A DNA stretch of 64,000 bases from Candidatus Scatovivens sp. (GCA_045646345.1 JAZRKN010000001.1:96001-160000); one strand, 5' to 3'. Numbered from the stretch's first letter, positions 20,671-31,819 are shown. Numbers and translations are program-made. Notes: generated from the sequence alone by a model not told the origin.

Positions 20671-23600
20671 TTATAATACTTTTTCTTTTTTTAATCCAAA
20701 GTTATTTGATTCTAAACTTAAATTTTTATTATAATATTCATCGCCTTTTAGATACATTTCATTCCATTTTGTTTTTATCTTATCTACAACTTCTTTTGAA
20801 ACATCTTCAATTTTATCTTCACTATAAATTTGTGCTTTTGGTACGAATACATTTAGTAAATTTACATTTCTAAGAGATAAACAAAAATCAACATCTTCTA
20901 AACCATCAATTTCTTCATTTAATCCACCAATTTTTTCAAAGATATCTTTTTTACATATCATCATATTTTTTCCAACACAAGAACAATTTTGTATTTGATG
21001 TTCTTTTGCAAAATATCCATACTCATTTTTTGATAAACCTTTATCTAAACTAATTTTTCCCTTTTCTCCTCCATATACAAACATCGCTTGTATAATGTTG
21101 TCATTCTTATCAAAAACCTTTCCAGATACTGCTCCGATAGTTGTATTTTGGGCATATCCTAATATTAAATTCAACCAATTTTCTTCAATTACTTCGTTAT
21201 TTACATTCCATTGAACTATATAATCACCTGTTGTATTTTTTGCTCCAAAATTAATTAATTTAGCATAATTAGAATCTTGTTTTTCATATTTTATAATTTT
21301 AATCTTTGAATCTTTTCCTAGTTCTTCATAAACTTTAAACGTATCTTCATTATCAGAATTATCATCTATAATATCAATTTCATAATTTTTATAATTTGTT
21401 TTTGCAATTATAGAATCAATACATCTTCTTAGTTTTTTTACTTCATTTTTACATGGCACTAATATATTAACTAATGGGTTTCCATTTATTTCATATTGTG
21501 CTTCATAAATACCATAAATTTCTTTATTTCTTTCAACAGTACCTTTTAATCCAATTCTATCAATATGATCTTGAACAGCTTTTTTTCCTGATTCATATGC
21601 ATATAATTTAGTTTCTGGATCTCCAGCAGTTGAAGTTGTACAAAGTCTCCATGAATATAATATTTTTGGAATATGATATATTTCTTCTGGTTTTACAATT
21701 TCAGACATTCTTAAAATAATATCCATATCTTGTGCCCCGTTATATTCATCTCTAAATCCCTCTAATTTATCCATTACTTCTTTTTTGAACACACTAAAAT
21801 GACAAATATAATTTTGACATCTTAAAGTATCTGGAGCAAAATCCGGTTTAAAGTGAGGATCAAATCTCGGAAAATCTATTGTTGTCATTTTATCCTCATC
21901 AGTATATATAAATCTAATTTCTGGGTTTTCATTAATAACTTTTACTATTTCGAATAATGCATTTTGCATCAACAAATCATCATGATCTAAAAGTGCAACA
22001 TAGTCTCCAGTGACCATTTTCAAACCTTCATTAGAATTTCCAGAGATACCTTTGTTTTCACCTAAAAATTTATATTTAATTCTAGAATCTTTACACATGC
22101 TTTCAATATAATCTAATTTTTGATTACTTCCATCCGCCAAACAAAGTTCCCAATTTGAATATGTTTGTCTATGCATATTAAATAAAAGTTCTCTAAATAA
22201 ATCTTCTGGTGTATTGTATAATGGAATTACTATACTAATTTTGGGTTTCATTTTAAATTTATGTTTTCTTTGTTCAGCTAGTTCCTCTTCTGTTGGATCA
22301 TTAAATTTCATCCATGTTTCATATTCTGAAAATTTTCCTGAATTTTCTCTAGCTTCACTTCTTTCTTTTTTTATTCTTTCTCTTTCTTCAATTTGTCTCC
22401 AATATTCAACACCAGCTTCGTCTGTTGCTTTTCTATATCTAGATAATTTTTCTTCTAATACTTTCTTAGCTTTTCTTGCATCATATTTATTTCTCAACTT
22501 GCACCCAACCGGCAATACTCTATCTAAGAAACTAGCATTTGTTTTTGGATTAATAAGCCAAGAAAAATATCTAAGTGGTTTTGTAATTTTCCAAGATAAC
22601 GAATAAGTTATTATTGATAATTGATTTTCATAGTTTTGAATCTTATAATTACAAGATATTATTTCGTTCTCCAAATTTTGAATATGAACATCTTTATCAA
22701 AAACTAATTTTTTTAATTCGCTTAAGGCTTTATCTTTGTTTTTATTAATTTCTTTTTCTCTCACAATAGATGTATGCGCTCTTACATAAATTTCCCATAA
22801 GAAATCATTATATAAATCTTTTAATATTGTTTGATCTAGATTTTCTAAAACATCTACATAATCTAAAATATTAAATTTTTTGTACAATTCTTGTATATCA
22901 ACATATTCATTTATTTCTGGTAAATTTTTTAATGCTCTATACAAAATATATTCAACCGGAAGATTTTCTTCTTTCCATTCTTGATCATACACGAAGAATT
23001 CGTTATCAATTACAAAACAATTTTGGAATATTAAATCGTATAATCCTTCTTTTACAAAAGTTAATCCATTTATTTTATCTTTGTCATATTCAATATTAAA
23101 CTTTTCAAAAACATTATTTGAAATTTCATTTGTTTTTTCAAATTTATCTAAAATTTCTGTTTTAAACTTTGTAATCATACTTATTGCATCATCTTCTTTA
23201 TTTTCTTTCAATAAGTTTATTATTACTTTATCTAAAGTTAATTCATTTTTAACAAATCTACTAATTATTGCATTATTCTCAAATCTATCTAATGTTTTTA
23301 TTCCTGCATTATTTAAAATATTTATATTTTCTTTTATATTATAAATATGTTTTAATCCAGCTTCATGATTAGCAACTTTTACTACTTCATTTTCTTTTAT
23401 TGTAGTTTTTATTCTATATTCTTTTTTTCTATACATACCATATGTTGCTGCTTTTAAATCGATTTTTTTCATATCTTTTTGTGCAACTATAAAGTATGAA
23501 TTTGAAAAATTCTTAAATAATTTTGGATCTCTTTTTACAATTTCCTTTAATTGTTCTTTTTCTAAATAATTAGAATTTTCAAATCTTGCATTAAACATTT

Positions 23601-24360
23601 CCCAATATCTTGATGTTATATGTTCTTCATCAGGTAAAAATTCATCTGTATATATTGCGTTTGTAAAAACATAATCTGGAATTGGATAAAAAACTTTTGT
23701 CTCGAATTTTTTATCCATTAATTTTCTTTTTACATTTTCAAGTTCAACTTGTTCTTCTTGACTTACGCTAACTTCTTCACTTGTGTTATCTATTTTTGAA
23801 AAACATTTTCCTGTAAAATTATTATTTATTGCTATTAATATTTTTCCATCTTCTTTTAAGTTTTCTATTGCTTGTTCAATTAACAAATCTACATCATTTT
23901 CATTTTCTAATTGACCTATTAAAGTAATATAATCAAATTTTTCATTTAATCTTATATTCTTTAATTCACCAGCATATATTTCTAAATTTTCGATATCGTT
24001 ATGTCTTTTGGCTATAATTTCTGCTTTTTCTTTTTTTGACTCAATTGCAACAACTTTTTTGGCTTTCTTACATAATTCTTCTGTAATTTCTCCAAAACCC
24101 GCCCCTATTTCTAAAACTGTTTCATTTTTTTCTATTGGATAAAAACTCACAATATTTTTTCTGTTATCAGAAATAGCTTTTACATGTTCATAATCAGAAT
24201 TTTTATGTAATAATTTTTCTAATTCTAAAACATCATCACCGCCAAAAAATAATTCTATTATTTCTTTTTCTTTATCAGTTATTTTATTAAATTCTGTTTC
24301 TTCATAACACTCTAAATTTAATTTCATCTTATACATTGCCAAATAAAAATTATTTAGCAA
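20671..24360 (-). CDS. Multidomain protein: SAM methyltransferase + kinase-like domain + coiled coil + two GT2 domains
   Basis: VLEIGAGFGEIT (class I MTase); YDLIFQNCF...VYDQEW (kinase-like); charged helical region and SLSWKITKPLR; ISIVIPLYN...LDHDD and a second, degenerate GT2. Start codon uncertain. Confidence 0.8.
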   Translation of the reverse strand: MLNNFYLAMYKMKLNLECYEETEFNKITDKEKEIIELFFGGDDVLELEKLLHKNSDYEHVKAISDNRKNIVSFYPIEKNETVLEIGAGFGEITEELCKKAKKVVAIESKKEKAEIIAKRHNDIENLEIYAGELKNIRLNEKFDYITLIGQLENENDVDLLIEQAIENLKEDGKILIAINNNFTGKCFSKIDNTSEEVSVSQEEQVELENVKRKLMDKKFETKVFYPIPDYVFTNAIYTDEFLPDEEHITSRYWEMFNARFENSNYLEKEQLKEIVKRDPKLFKNFSNSYFIVAQKDMKKIDLKAATYGMYRKKEYRIKTTIKENEVVKVANHEAGLKHIYNIKENINILNNAGIKTLDRFENNAIISRFVKNELTLDKVIINLLKENKEDDAISMITKFKTEILDKFEKTNEISNNVFEKFNIEYDKDKINGLTFVKEGLYDLIFQNCFVIDNEFFVYDQEWKEENLPVEYILYRALKNLPEINEYVDIQELYKKFNILDYVDVLENLDQTILKDLYNDFLWEIYVRAHTSIVREKEINKNKDKALSELKKLVFDKDVHIQNLENEIISCNYKIQNYENQLSIITYSLSWKITKPLRYFSWLINPKTNASFLDRVLPVGCKLRNKYDARKAKKVLEEKLSRYRKATDEAGVEYWRQIEERERIKKERSEARENSGKFSEYETWMKFNDPTEEELAEQRKHKFKMKPKISIVIPLYNTPEDLFRELLFNMHRQTYSNWELCLADGSNQKLDYIESMCKDSRIKYKFLGENKGISGNSNEGLKMVTGDYVALLDHDDLLMQNALFEIVKVINENPEIRFIYTDEDKMTTIDFPRFDPHFKPDFAPDTLRCQNYICHFSVFKKEVMDKLEGFRDEYNGAQDMDIILRMSEIVKPEEIYHIPKILYSWRLCTTSTAGDPETKLYAYESGKKAVQDHIDRIGLKGTVERNKEIYGIYEAQYEINGNPLVNILVPCKNEVKKLRRCIDSIIAKTNYKNYEIDIIDDNSDNEDTFKVYEELGKDSKIKIIKYEKQDSNYAKLINFGAKNTTGDYIVQWNVNNEVIEENWLNLILGYAQNTTIGAVSGKVFDKNDNIIQAMFVYGGEKGKISLDKGLSKNEYGYFAKEHQIQNCSCVGKNMMICKKDIFEKIGGLNEEIDGLEDVDFCLSLRNVNLLNVFVPKAQIYSEDKIEDVSKEVVDKIKTKWNEMYLKGDEYYNKNLSLESNNFGLKKEKVL

Positions 24361-24375
24361 ACCTCCTTGTATTAA

Positions 24376-25677
24376 TTATTCACCTAATTTATAAACATTA
24401 ATATCCGAATCTAATCTAACTATTCCAACTGTATTTTTTGTAGTTATTATTTCGACTAGAATAGCATCATACTTTCTTGATAGCGCTTCCAGTTCACCAT
24501 TTAAATTAAATCTTGTACAACTAAATGATAATGTATACTTTCCTTGAGCCACTGGAACTTTTTGTTTAAACTCTGCAACTACAACATCCCCTTTTCCAAA
24601 TGAACCTGTAATTACTTTTTCAATATTTGTATTTGTTCCTGCTATATCTTTTCCAGAAAAATCTTTTATTGTCATCGTAAAAATTGGATCTTTTACATCT
24701 GTAAAGAATTTAATTTTAGATTTAAATGTTATTTCATCACCATTATCAAAAGTTGTTACTAAATTTCCTTCTTGATCAAAAACACCATAATCGAAAACTT
24801 CAGCTTCATCTGTTCCATATTCAATCATATTTGGATTTTGATTCATTTGGTCTTTCCATAAAGTAGTATCATCTTGAACATTTCCACTAAGTTTTGCTCT
24901 TTTTTCTTGTTTTTCTCTTTCTTTTCTTTCAGCTTCATCAGGATCTATTCCAACAATTATTTTTTTGTATCTATTTACTCCGTCTTTTACTGTTCCGTCA
25001 AATGTTTTTCTCCCATTTTCTAAAATTATTGCTCTATTACAGTTTGACAAAACATCATTAATATTGTGTGTTACAAATATAATTGTTTTTCCTTTGTTTT
25101 TAAATTGCTCGAATTTTTTAAAGCATTTTAACTGGAATGCCATATCTCCAACAGATAAAACTTCATCAACAATTAAAATGTCTGGATCAACATTTATTGC
25201 ACAAGCAAATGCTAAACGTGCAAACATACCTGACGAATATGTTTTTACTGGTTGTGATAAATGTTCTCCTATGTCTGCAAAATCAATTATTTCTTGTTCT
25301 TTTTCTTTTATCTCTTTATCAGACAATCCCATAACTTGTCCATGTTGATAAATATTTTCATAACCTGTAAGGTCTGGATTAAATGCCGCTCCCAATTCTA
25401 AAAGTGAACTTATTTTTCCATTCACTTCTAAGGTTCCTGACGTAGGACTTACAACTCCAGTTATCATTTTTAATAGAGTTGATTTTCCTGCACCATTTTT
25501 CCCTAAAATACCAAGCACTTCACCTTTTCTAATTTCTAAATCTAAATTATCCATTGCTCTAAAAGTAGAATGTTTTGTATACCCTGGAATCACTGCTTCT
25601 AATAATCTATCTTTTTTGTGTGCATACATTTTATATTCTTTTACTAAACCAGAAATTTTTATTACTGTATCGCTCAT
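24376..25677 (-). CDS. wzt: Polysaccharide ABC transporter ATP-binding protein Wzt with C-terminal carbohydrate-binding domain
   Basis: GKNGAGKST, YSSGM, DEVLSVGD, ~170-aa C-terminal extension. Confidence 0.9.
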   Translation of the reverse strand: MSDTVIKISGLVKEYKMYAHKKDRLLEAVIPGYTKHSTFRAMDNLDLEIRKGEVLGILGKNGAGKSTLLKMITGVVSPTSGTLEVNGKISSLLELGAAFNPDLTGYENIYQHGQVMGLSDKEIKEKEQEIIDFADIGEHLSQPVKTYSSGMFARLAFACAINVDPDILIVDEVLSVGDMAFQLKCFKKFEQFKNKGKTIIFVTHNINDVLSNCNRAIILENGRKTFDGTVKDGVNRYKKIIVGIDPDEAERKEREKQEKRAKLSGNVQDDTTLWKDQMNQNPNMIEYGTDEAEVFDYGVFDQEGNLVTTFDNGDEITFKSKIKFFTDVKDPIFTMTIKDFSGKDIAGTNTNIEKVITGSFGKGDVVVAEFKQKVPVAQGKYTLSFSCTRFNLNGELEALSRKYDAILVEIITTKNTVGIVRLDSDINVYKLGE

Positions 25678-25720
25678 GCGTATTTCCTTTCAAAATTTTA
25701 TTATTTTCTTTTTAAATAAT

Positions 25721-26680
25721 TTATTTTTTTAGCTTATATAATAATCTTGCAAACATTGGAAAATTCAAAATTGCAAAATTTTGAAGGTTATATCCAAACT
25801 CTTCGTATTTGTAAAGTTTTATAAACAATCCCCAGCTTCTGAAATTTATATTTTTCTTTTTTTCTAACATTTCATAATATTCCAAAGCTTTTCTGTTTAA
25901 TTTTTTTACTTCCTCAGATTTGAATTTCTCTTCATTTTCGATGAAAACTTTAAAATGCTCTTTTTTTACTTCAATAAATAATTTTCTTATTTCATCGATT
26001 GATTTTAACTCATCTGTTTTTTTCTTAGAACCCACTTTGTTGTTTTTATGTTGTCTATATTTTATCAACGGTTCTTCTATGTAAGATATCTTTCCTTCTT
26101 GACTTAAAATTAATGAAATCCAATAATCATGTAACACATATTTGCTTGTATTTGGAAGTGGTAAAAATTTATTTATCAATTCTTTTTTAGAAATCATTGT
26201 GCATCCCGTCACAAAATTATTCAAATATAAACTTTCGAAATTATTATATTTTTTTATTTTGTTATAGATTCCTTTTAATTTCCAATATGATTTATATATT
26301 ACATTTAATTCTTCATCAACAACTTCTAAATCAGAATAAACCAAATCAAACCCTTCTTCAATTTTCTTTAAAGATTTTTCTATCTTTGATTCTTTCCAAA
26401 TATCATCTTGATCCGAAAACATATAATATTTTGCTTCTACTTTTTCAAGTAAAAACTCAAAATTTTTAACAACCCCCAGATTATTTTCTTGAAAAAAAAC
26501 TTCTATTCTTGAATCTTTATTTTTATATTCTTCTAATATTTCTCTTGTTGAATCTGTCGATCCATCATCTGAGATTAATAATCTAAACTCTTTATGAGTT
26601 TGATTTAAAATACTATCTATTTGTTCTCTTAAGTACTTCTCTCCGTTATATGTTGCTAGCAATATATCAACTTTTTCCAT
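25721..26680 (-). CDS. GT2 glycosyltransferase (RgpB-like rhamnosyltransferase)
   Basis: LATYNGEKYLREQIDSIL, SDQDDIW, VTGCT, HDYW, YRQH. Confidence 0.88.
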   Translation of the reverse strand: MEKVDILLATYNGEKYLREQIDSILNQTHKEFRLLISDDGSTDSTREILEEYKNKDSRIEVFFQENNLGVVKNFEFLLEKVEAKYYMFSDQDDIWKESKIEKSLKKIEEGFDLVYSDLEVVDEELNVIYKSYWKLKGIYNKIKKYNNFESLYLNNFVTGCTMISKKELINKFLPLPNTSKYVLHDYWISLILSQEGKISYIEEPLIKYRQHKNNKVGSKKKTDELKSIDEIRKLFIEVKKEHFKVFIENEEKFKSEEVKKLNRKALEYYEMLEKKKNINFRSWGLFIKLYKYEEFGYNLQNFAILNFPMFARLLYKLKK

Positions 26681-26696
26681 TTTTATACCTCATTTT

Positions 26697-27491
26697 TTAT
26701 AAAACATCTGCAAAATCTTTTTTAGTCTTTTTAAATACTGCGTTTCCCCAAATAAATAAAATTAATGTTATTCCCCAGAAAGCTGCAGTAAATACAAAAT
26801 TTTGCTCTGTGATTATTTTAGAGTTTTCCATAAATGCTTGTCTGAATCCTTCTACCAAATATGTGAATGGACTACATTTGAATACATTTATTAGTATCGG
26901 ATGATTTTCCATCATATCTAGATTCCAAATTATTGGTGTAAACCACATACATAATTGAATTAATATATTTAATAATTGAGCAAAATCTGGAACTATTGTA
27001 GTTAGTGCTGATGTAAATCTTGTTAATGCAATTATAAAGCATATTGCACAAATCAAAATATATATCACATTTAAAAAGTTTGGAACATATCCAAATATAG
27101 AAGACACTACAACCGCTATACACATTAAAAATATCCCTATAAAGCTAGATGAGGTTAATGATATTACTGGTATAATATCTACCGGAAATACAACTTTTTT
27201 TACTAAGTAACTATAATTTCTTATTGAGTTACTAGCAGTAAGTATTGCATCGCTACAATACATCCACATTGACATTCCAGGTAAAAACCAAACTACATAA
27301 GGATATTCTCCACTACTTCCTGTTTTTAATATATATTGAAAAACCACCACGTATGTTAACATAAATATAAATGGTTGAGCGAATCCCCATATTGTTCCAA
27401 GACTTGTATTTGCAAATCTATTTCTAAAGTCATTTTTTCCTAGTTTCATCGCTATTTTTCTATTTTTATAAAGTGTTTTAAAAAATTCCAT
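26697..27491 (-). CDS. wzm: Polysaccharide ABC transporter permease Wzm
   Basis: NDFRNRF...SLG..W, YLVKKVVFP, WFTPIIW, terminal FADVL. Confidence 0.9.
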   Translation of the reverse strand: MEFFKTLYKNRKIAMKLGKNDFRNRFANTSLGTIWGFAQPFIFMLTYVVVFQYILKTGSSGEYPYVVWFLPGMSMWMYCSDAILTASNSIRNYSYLVKKVVFPVDIIPVISLTSSSFIGIFLMCIAVVVSSIFGYVPNFLNVIYILICAICFIIALTRFTSALTTIVPDFAQLLNILIQLCMWFTPIIWNLDMMENHPILINVFKCSPFTYLVEGFRQAFMENSKIITEQNFVFTAAFWGITLILFIWGNAVFKKTKKDFADVL

Positions 27492-27590
27492 AATTCTTCC
27501 TTTTTTACCAATTAAATTTCCAAGTAATTATATCATTAAGCATCTCAAATATCAACTTTTTTATGTGTTATTTATGTGAATTTTTGAGGC

Positions 27591-27624
27591 AAAAAAAGAC
27601 TCTATCAAGCTTGATAAAGTCTTT
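27591..27624 (-). terminator. Terminator after galE
   Basis: AAAGACTCTATCAAGCTTGATAAAGTCTTT stem with a T-run on the - strand. Confidence 0.75.
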
Positions 27625-27629
27625 AAAAA

Positions 27630-28625
27630 TTACATATTATTTTTTTCAAAATTCCAAGAATCTTTACAAATATCTTCAAGTGTTTTTTCTGTTTTCCATT
27701 CAAGTTCTCTTAATGCTTTTGAAGGATCTGCATAATATTCTGGTAAATCACCTGGTCTTCTTTCAACAATTTTATAATTTACTTTCAAATTGTTTACTTC
27801 TTCAAATGTAGTAACAAGTTCCATAACACTAACGCCTTTTCCAGAACCTAAATTATATATATTTAATCCTTCCTTCATTTTATCTAATGCACATACATGC
27901 CCTTTAGCTAAATCAACAACATGTATGAAATCTCTAACTCCAGTTCCATCAACTGTTGGATAATCGTTCCCAAATATACTTAATACTTCTAGTTTTCCAG
28001 CAGCTACTTTCATTACATAAGGCATTAAGTTATTTGGAATTCCATTTGGTTCTTCTCCAATCAAACCGCTTTCATGAGCTCCTACCGGATTAAAATATCT
28101 TAGTATTGATATATCCCAAGATTTATCTGATGCATATAAATCTTCCAATATTTTTTCAATCATCGCTTTTGTTGTCCCATAAGGATTTGTTGTTTCTCCT
28201 CTTCCCATTTCCTCAACATATTTTGGATTTCCAGGATCTCCATAAACTGTAGCAGATGAACTAAAAACTAATTTTTTTACATTATATTTTTGCATCACTT
28301 CTAATAAATTTATCGTAGATTGTAAATTGTTAGAATAATACATTAATGGCTTTTTTACAGATTCTCCAACAGCTTTATAACCAGCAAAATGAATAACTGC
28401 ATCAATCTCATTCTCTTTAAAAATCTCTTCTAATTTTTCTTTTTCTAATAAATCATATTTATATAATTTTAATCTTTTTCCAGTTATTTTTTCTAATTTA
28501 TCAATAACTTCTTCTTTACTATTATAAAGATTATCTACAATGATAACATCATGTTTTTTTTGCACTAATTCAACACAAGTATGAGAACCAATAAATCCTA
28601 ACCCGCCAGTAACTAATATTTTCAT
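27630..28625 (-). CDS. galE: UDP-glucose 4-epimerase
   Basis: TGGLGFIGSH, KAVGES, SSSATVYG, PYGTTK, LRYFNPVGAH, PNNLMP. Confidence 0.95.
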   Translation of the reverse strand: MKILVTGGLGFIGSHTCVELVQKKHDVIIVDNLYNSKEEVIDKLEKITGKRLKLYKYDLLEKEKLEEIFKENEIDAVIHFAGYKAVGESVKKPLMYYSNNLQSTINLLEVMQKYNVKKLVFSSSATVYGDPGNPKYVEEMGRGETTNPYGTTKAMIEKILEDLYASDKSWDISILRYFNPVGAHESGLIGEEPNGIPNNLMPYVMKVAAGKLEVLSIFGNDYPTVDGTGVRDFIHVVDLAKGHVCALDKMKEGLNIYNLGSGKGVSVMELVTTFEEVNNLKVNYKIVERRPGDLPEYYADPSKALRELEWKTEKTLEDICKDSWNFEKNNM

Positions 28626-28627
28626 TT

Positions 28628-30517
28628 CTACATCCCTACTTTCTCATTTAAATCAATTTTATAAACGATATATTTAATATTTTCATGTAATACTTCATAA
28701 CCATAATTTGTTAAAGGATCATCTTTTTCGATTGATGTCTTTGGTAAAATTATATAATTACATTTTCTTTTTGTTGCAAAATCATGTATTTTTTCTGAAA
28801 TTCCTTCTGCCGTTAATTTTACAAGTGATGTATCAGCGTACCAACCACCAACATTTCTAGTTTGTTCTAATAAAATATTCCCATCTACTTGTCTTGTGTA
28901 TACAGTAAATTCTTCTGGACCAGCAAGTTTTTTGTATTCTTCTTTATCAGTAGAAACTGCAAATATCATCTCTAAAGCCAAATCTGGAAGCTTAAAATAA
29001 TTATCTGTTCTTGAAAAATTAGCTTCTGTATATACACATTTTCCATTTATCATAATCGCAACAATACATAATGCTGCTGTAATTATTTTTTCCCATTTTT
29101 TCTCTGGCATAACCACTAACTCTGTCATCATAAAAGCAATTGCATAACCTATTGGAAGTAACCAATAAACTCTCCAATGAACTCCAGCCCCGATAAGTAA
29201 ATCCCATGCTTTAGATACAATAGGATTCAAACACAAGCAAATAATTATTATAGAAAAAACGCAAAATACAGCTCTAATATCATTTCTCTCTTTACAAGTT
29301 ACCCATATAAATATCATAGCTACTGAAAACATAACCAAATAGTGTGATGAACCACCCGCTCTTTGATAAGATTGCTCCACTAATTCTAAATTTTTTTCTT
29401 CATCTATTCCATCTATTATTAATTCTACTTTTTCAGATACTGATAATTCATCATTATTTATAGCAGAATTTTTTACAATTGGATTATCTAATCCCAAATA
29501 AACTAATCCTATTATAACACATGGTATACAGCAAATTAATAAAGCAATAATATAAGCAAATTTTTTATCTTTTATAGCATATATAATCATTAAAATTAAT
29601 GTTGTTATTACTGGTAAGATTAAAGCCATTGAAGATAACGCAATTGATCCACCTAATGCTAAAAATAAAATAAACCAACCAAATTTATTATTTTCTTTTC
29701 CAATATATTCCATAAACACATACCAAATGAATGGTAATGTTAAATTAGCTAATATTGATTTTCCTTGCCAAACTCTATATAACAACCTAACAAAATTTGT
29801 ATATCTCGAATAATCTCCATATATAAAAATTACAGCTAATACATTCAAAAACACTAGAGTTTTTACTTGATCTTTTTTAAATAAAGTCATTCCAAACACA
29901 TAGTAAAATGCATATACAATCAACACAAACACTACTGGAAAGACTGTGTGTGCAATTATTGTAGGATGTGTTCCTGTTAATTCACCAATTACTGCTGTAT
30001 AATGTGGAAATTGTGATAATACTGTTCTTGTTGGGAATTCCTGATATTCATTTCCCGCATCATCATACACAAATAACGAATTTGTATCTATTGCTATTGT
30101 TGCTTTAGCAACAAAATTAGAATCGTCATAATCCACATGCATATATTTAAATGGATAATAACATTGAATCACAAGTAAAGCTAAAAAAGTAATAGTTAAA
30201 ATTTTTGGTAATTTTTTTATTTCCTCTAAATTTTGAATATATATATCTTTTACATTTTTTACATTTAGTGCAATCGAAATTCCTGATAATATCAATATCC
30301 CAACACACCAAGAATTCTTTAACAATGTAAAAGAACCTTTTAAAAATGTCATTGGAATCGATAATACTTCAAAAAGTAACAATTCAACAAACAAACCTAA
30401 AACAAGAGATAATAAAATATTCTTATTTCCTTTTTTATCAAATTTTAAAATTCCAAACCCTAATATTATTGGTATTATAAACATCCAAAAAAATGTAAAT
30501 ATAACTGTTTTAATCAT
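28628..30517 (-). CDS. Polytopic membrane protein, putative GT-C glycosyltransferase (DUF6077-like)
   Basis: DYDDSNFV acidic loop, RVWQGKS, WRVYWLLP; many TM. Confidence 0.6.
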   Translation of the reverse strand: MIKTVIFTFFWMFIIPIILGFGILKFDKKGNKNILLSLVLGLFVELLLFEVLSIPMTFLKGSFTLLKNSWCVGILILSGISIALNVKNVKDIYIQNLEEIKKLPKILTITFLALLVIQCYYPFKYMHVDYDDSNFVAKATIAIDTNSLFVYDDAGNEYQEFPTRTVLSQFPHYTAVIGELTGTHPTIIAHTVFPVVFVLIVYAFYYVFGMTLFKKDQVKTLVFLNVLAVIFIYGDYSRYTNFVRLLYRVWQGKSILANLTLPFIWYVFMEYIGKENNKFGWFILFLALGGSIALSSMALILPVITTLILMIIYAIKDKKFAYIIALLICCIPCVIIGLVYLGLDNPIVKNSAINNDELSVSEKVELIIDGIDEEKNLELVEQSYQRAGGSSHYLVMFSVAMIFIWVTCKERNDIRAVFCVFSIIIICLCLNPIVSKAWDLLIGAGVHWRVYWLLPIGYAIAFMMTELVVMPEKKWEKIITAALCIVAIMINGKCVYTEANFSRTDNYFKLPDLALEMIFAVSTDKEEYKKLAGPEEFTVYTRQVDGNILLEQTRNVGGWYADTSLVKLTAEGISEKIHDFATKRKCNYIILPKTSIEKDDPLTNYGYEVLHENIKYIVYKIDLNEKVGM

Positions 30518-30534
30518 TCGTTTTCTCCAATCTT

Positions 30535-31614
30535 TTATTTATCAAATATAAAAATTCTTTGAACTCTGTAATTTATAAAAAATAATATCGTATCTACAAT
30601 AATTTTTATAATAACTTCTGAAACATTTGTTATTGCATATATTCCAGACACTGCTAATCCTGATATTAGCATTTGTGTTATACACAAAATATAATATTTA
30701 ATAATTGTGTTTTTAACCTTTTTATTACTCTTAAAAGCTATTTTTTTATTCAATCCAAAATTAACAAGTGAAGATATTATTCTTGCAAAAATAGTTGATA
30801 CTAATATTAATACATTAACCAATTGTATTTTTAATACATAAAAAAATACCTCAAACAATAAAATATCTATTATGCAAGAAATTATTGAAATAGCTGAATA
30901 TTTAATAAAAGAATTCAATATTTTCCAATAAATCAATACAGAATCATGTACTGGTCTAAAATGAGTCCCAGAATTATTGTCTATATATACTGTTTCAATA
31001 GGGATTTCAACTAGTTCAATTTTTTTCAAGATACATTCTATAAGCATATTTGATTCATACTCATATCTATCTCCAGTTAAATCCATAAAATTTTCCACTA
31101 GCTTAGTAGGAATTCCTCTTAAACCGGTCTGAGTATCTTTTAACCTCACTCCATACAATAATCTAAAAACATTAGAAGTTGCTTTATTTCCGAAACTACT
31201 TTTGGGCGGCACATTTTTTCCTGTAAGGTCTCTTATTCCTAGCACCAAAGAGTTCGGCTTATTTTCTAATTCTTTTGATATTTCAATAATATCTTTTACC
31301 AAATGTTGACCATCACAATCAACCGTTATAACTCCTGAAAATTCCTCTTTATTTTCTAAATCAAAAAAATATTTTAAACCATCTTTTAAAGCTTTACCTT
31401 TTCCCATATTAACTTCATGAGTTAATACTTGGCATCCTTCTTTTTTTTCAATATTTTCAAATATATCTTGACATTCTGGTTTACTACCATCATTTACAAC
31501 CACAATATTTTTGAAATTATTTTCTATTAGTAAATCTATATATCTTTCAAACTCTTTTTCAGGATTTAAAGCAGGAATCAATATTAAGATTTTTTTATCG
31601 GAATTTATCGACAT
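30535..31614 (-). CDS. Bifunctional GT2 / GtrA-family protein
   Basis: IPALNP, NMGKGKALK, DCDGQH, DTQTGLRG, plus a C-terminal 4-TM GtrA domain. Confidence 0.88.
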   Translation of the reverse strand: MSINSDKKILILIPALNPEKEFERYIDLLIENNFKNIVVVNDGSKPECQDIFENIEKKEGCQVLTHEVNMGKGKALKDGLKYFFDLENKEEFSGVITVDCDGQHLVKDIIEISKELENKPNSLVLGIRDLTGKNVPPKSSFGNKATSNVFRLLYGVRLKDTQTGLRGIPTKLVENFMDLTGDRYEYESNMLIECILKKIELVEIPIETVYIDNNSGTHFRPVHDSVLIYWKILNSFIKYSAISIISCIIDILLFEVFFYVLKIQLVNVLILVSTIFARIISSLVNFGLNKKIAFKSNKKVKNTIIKYYILCITQMLISGLAVSGIYAITNVSEVIIKIIVDTILFFINYRVQRIFIFDK

Positions 31615-31770
31615 TGTTAATCTCCTTTAATCTTATAACAGCAAAAAAAAACGATTTAAAATATTCTTTCACACCTATTAATTTTATATTTCACATTCTA
31701 TCATTTAAGAACTTTTTTTTCAATAAAAATATTCAAATCTCATTCATTTTCAAGCCAATTTTGTATATAA

Positions 31771-31819
31771 AAATAAAACAAAAAACCTTTGGTTTTATCC
31801 AAAGGTTTTTATTTTATTT
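31771..31819 (-). terminator. Terminator after rmlB
   Basis: AAAAACCTTTGG-tttat-CCAAAGGTTTTT. Confidence 0.8.
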
